Source of the DNA: Candidatus Sericytochromatia bacterium
GTDB lineage: Bacteria; Cyanobacteriota; Sericytochromatia; S15B-MN24; UBA4093
Direction: 5' to 3'
NCBI GenBank assembly: GCA_036676985.1
Contig: JAKFBU010000076.1
Coordinates: forward strand, 15,185 to 39,184
DNA length: 24,000 nucleotides
Numbering within the stretch: position 1 is the first letter of the stretch; each line of letters opens with the position of its first letter. The notes under the pieces are model-generated. The model was not told where the DNA came from, did no database searches, and saw only the letters and a list, made by a program, of their open reading frames with translations. Shown here in pieces: positions 22,950 through 24,000 of this stretch. The position numbers were made by a program, and so were the translations under genes.

Positions 22950-24000
22950 TTAGAACCCGAGCGATTCGAGCAGATCGGGCTTCTTGTCCGGGGTGATGCG
23001 GATGCCTCGCTGCCAGTCCTGGTCGAAGAGGGCCGCGTCGAGCTGGCGGGTCGCCGCGGCGTCGTCGATGCCGAGGCCCGCCTCGCGCGAGTACACGAAG
23101 GACTGCTTGTCCATGTTCTGCGAGCCCACGTAGGCCCACTGGCCGTCCACGGACATGTACTTGGTGTGGTTGTTGGCGAGCGTCTGGCCGTCCGGCGAGA
23201 ACCAGCGCATCTCGACGTTCTGCCGCGATCGCTCGGGCAGCTTGTCCAGGAACTGGCTGATGAAGAGCTCGTTGTTCGAGAAGTCGACCAGCGACGTCCG
23301 CTGGTTGAAGCCCTTGGGCACCACGAGCTTGATCTGGACGCCGCGGTCGGCGGCCGCCGCGAGGGCGCTCCAGACCTCGCGGTCCGTGATGTTGGGCGTC
23401 ACGATCCGGATCTCGCGCTGGGCCGCGTGGAGGGCGGCCAGGATCCCCTGGTCGGCGTCGTTGGCGTAGGGCTTGCCGTGCAGCGAGGCCACCGCGATGC
23501 TGTCCCGGCTCAGGTAGGTCATGGGGATGGTGGGGCCCGTGGCGGGAGCGGCCTCGGCCTTGATGGCCGGAGGCAGCTTGAAGCCGTCCGCCGAACGGAC
23601 CGCGCCGTCCTGGATCTGCACCTTGACCTTGGACTTGGCGAAGGCCTGGTCGAAGTCCGCGAGCATGGTGTCGACCACGTCGCCCTTGACCTTCACGAGC
23701 ACGTCCTGGAAGTCCTTGTCCTGGATGTTGATGCCGCCGATGAGGCCGGTGTTGCCGTCAATCACGAACAGCTTCTCGTGGTCCATGCCCCGGTGCGGCG
23801 TCTTGAGGTAGCCCGCGATCACGGCGTCCACGCCGTGCTCCGTGAAGGCGTCGTTGACGGGATCCTTGAAGAGGGTGAAGTCGCCGCGGTGGATCAGATA
23901 CACCTTGAAGTCGGGCGACAGCTTCTGCTTTTCGCTGAGGGCCTTGAGCAGGGTCTTGCCCGCCTCGCTGTCCGCCTCGAACTCGAAGTTCTGGATCCGG
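22950..24000 (-). CDS. Phospholipase D / cardiolipin-synthase-like family protein with two HKD motifs (N-terminus outside the window)
   Basis: HKD motifs are HEKLFVIDGNTGLIGGINI and HTKYMSVDGQWAYVGSQNMD. The track starts the ORF at GTG 23903. However, the frame stays open to nt 24000 (...RIQNFEFEADSEAGKTLLKALSEKQKLSPDFKV-YLIHRGDF), so the gene is very likely 5'-truncated by the window edge. Confidence 0.85.
   Translation of the reverse strand, partial: RIQNFEFEADSEAGKTLLKALSEKQKLSPDFKVYLIHRGDFTLFKDPVNDAFTEHGVDAVIAGYLKTPHRGMDHEKLFVIDGNTGLIGGINIQDKDFQDVLVKVKGDVVDTMLADFDQAFAKSKVKVQIQDGAVRSADGFKLPPAIKAEAAPATGPTIPMTYLSRDSIAVASLHGKPYANDADQGILAALHAAQREIRIVTPNITDREVWSALAAAADRGVQIKLVVPKGFNQRTSLVDFSNNELFISQFLDKLPERSRQNVEMRWFSPDGQTLANNHTKYMSVDGQWAYVGSQNMDKQSFVYSREAGLGIDDAAATRQLDAALFDQDWQRGIRITPDKKPDLLESLGF

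Noticed and set aside
1-24000. CRISPR arrays, insertion sequences, integrases, prophage genes, rRNA and tRNA genes.
   Set aside because: I found no regularly spaced direct repeats, no transposase-, integrase- or phage-like ORFs, and no rRNA or tRNA-like sequences on either strand. The only repeats are HIP1 octamers and the C/G-run palindromic modules reported above.

Overview
GC-rich bacterial chromosomal window with strongly G/C-biased third codon positions, so most long antisense or off-frame ORFs in the track are shadows. I support 27 protein-coding genes and found no rRNA, tRNA, CRISPR array, transposase or integrase. Left to right: 3' end of rplQ, then truA-rplM-rpsI (an order typical of the cyanobacterial lineage); a degenerate GGDEF-like protein; a secreted alkaline-phosphatase-superfamily phosphodiesterase; a class-V aminotransferase plus serA; a secreted LPP20-like protein; overlapping RidA and PfkB sugar kinase genes; a sensor-less soluble histidine kinase; a 329-aa unknown; a three-gene minus-strand operon ending in an N6-adenine DNA methyltransferase fused to one HsdS-type specificity domain; folE; a polytopic membrane histidine kinase; four small uncharacterised envelope or cytosolic proteins; ggt; queD-queE-queC; and a 5'-truncated two-HKD phospholipase-D-family gene. 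Points most worth a second look: (1) at least 19 exact copies of the HIP1-type octamer GCGATCGC, against roughly one expected; (2) a 138-nt nested palindrome of C7/G7 runs with a perfect 19-bp outer inverted repeat after serA, with a related module after the PfkB gene, both between convergent genes; (3) the methyltransferase-specificity fusion operon with two unknown upstream genes and no recognisable nuclease, the best candidate here for an undescribed modification or defence-like module; (4) a low-GC divergent control region with a tandemly duplicated hairpin plus Shine-Dalgarno leader; (5) preQ0 genes split into folE and a possibly leaderless queDEC with no riboswitch. All functional calls come from reading motifs in the translations; no database search was run.
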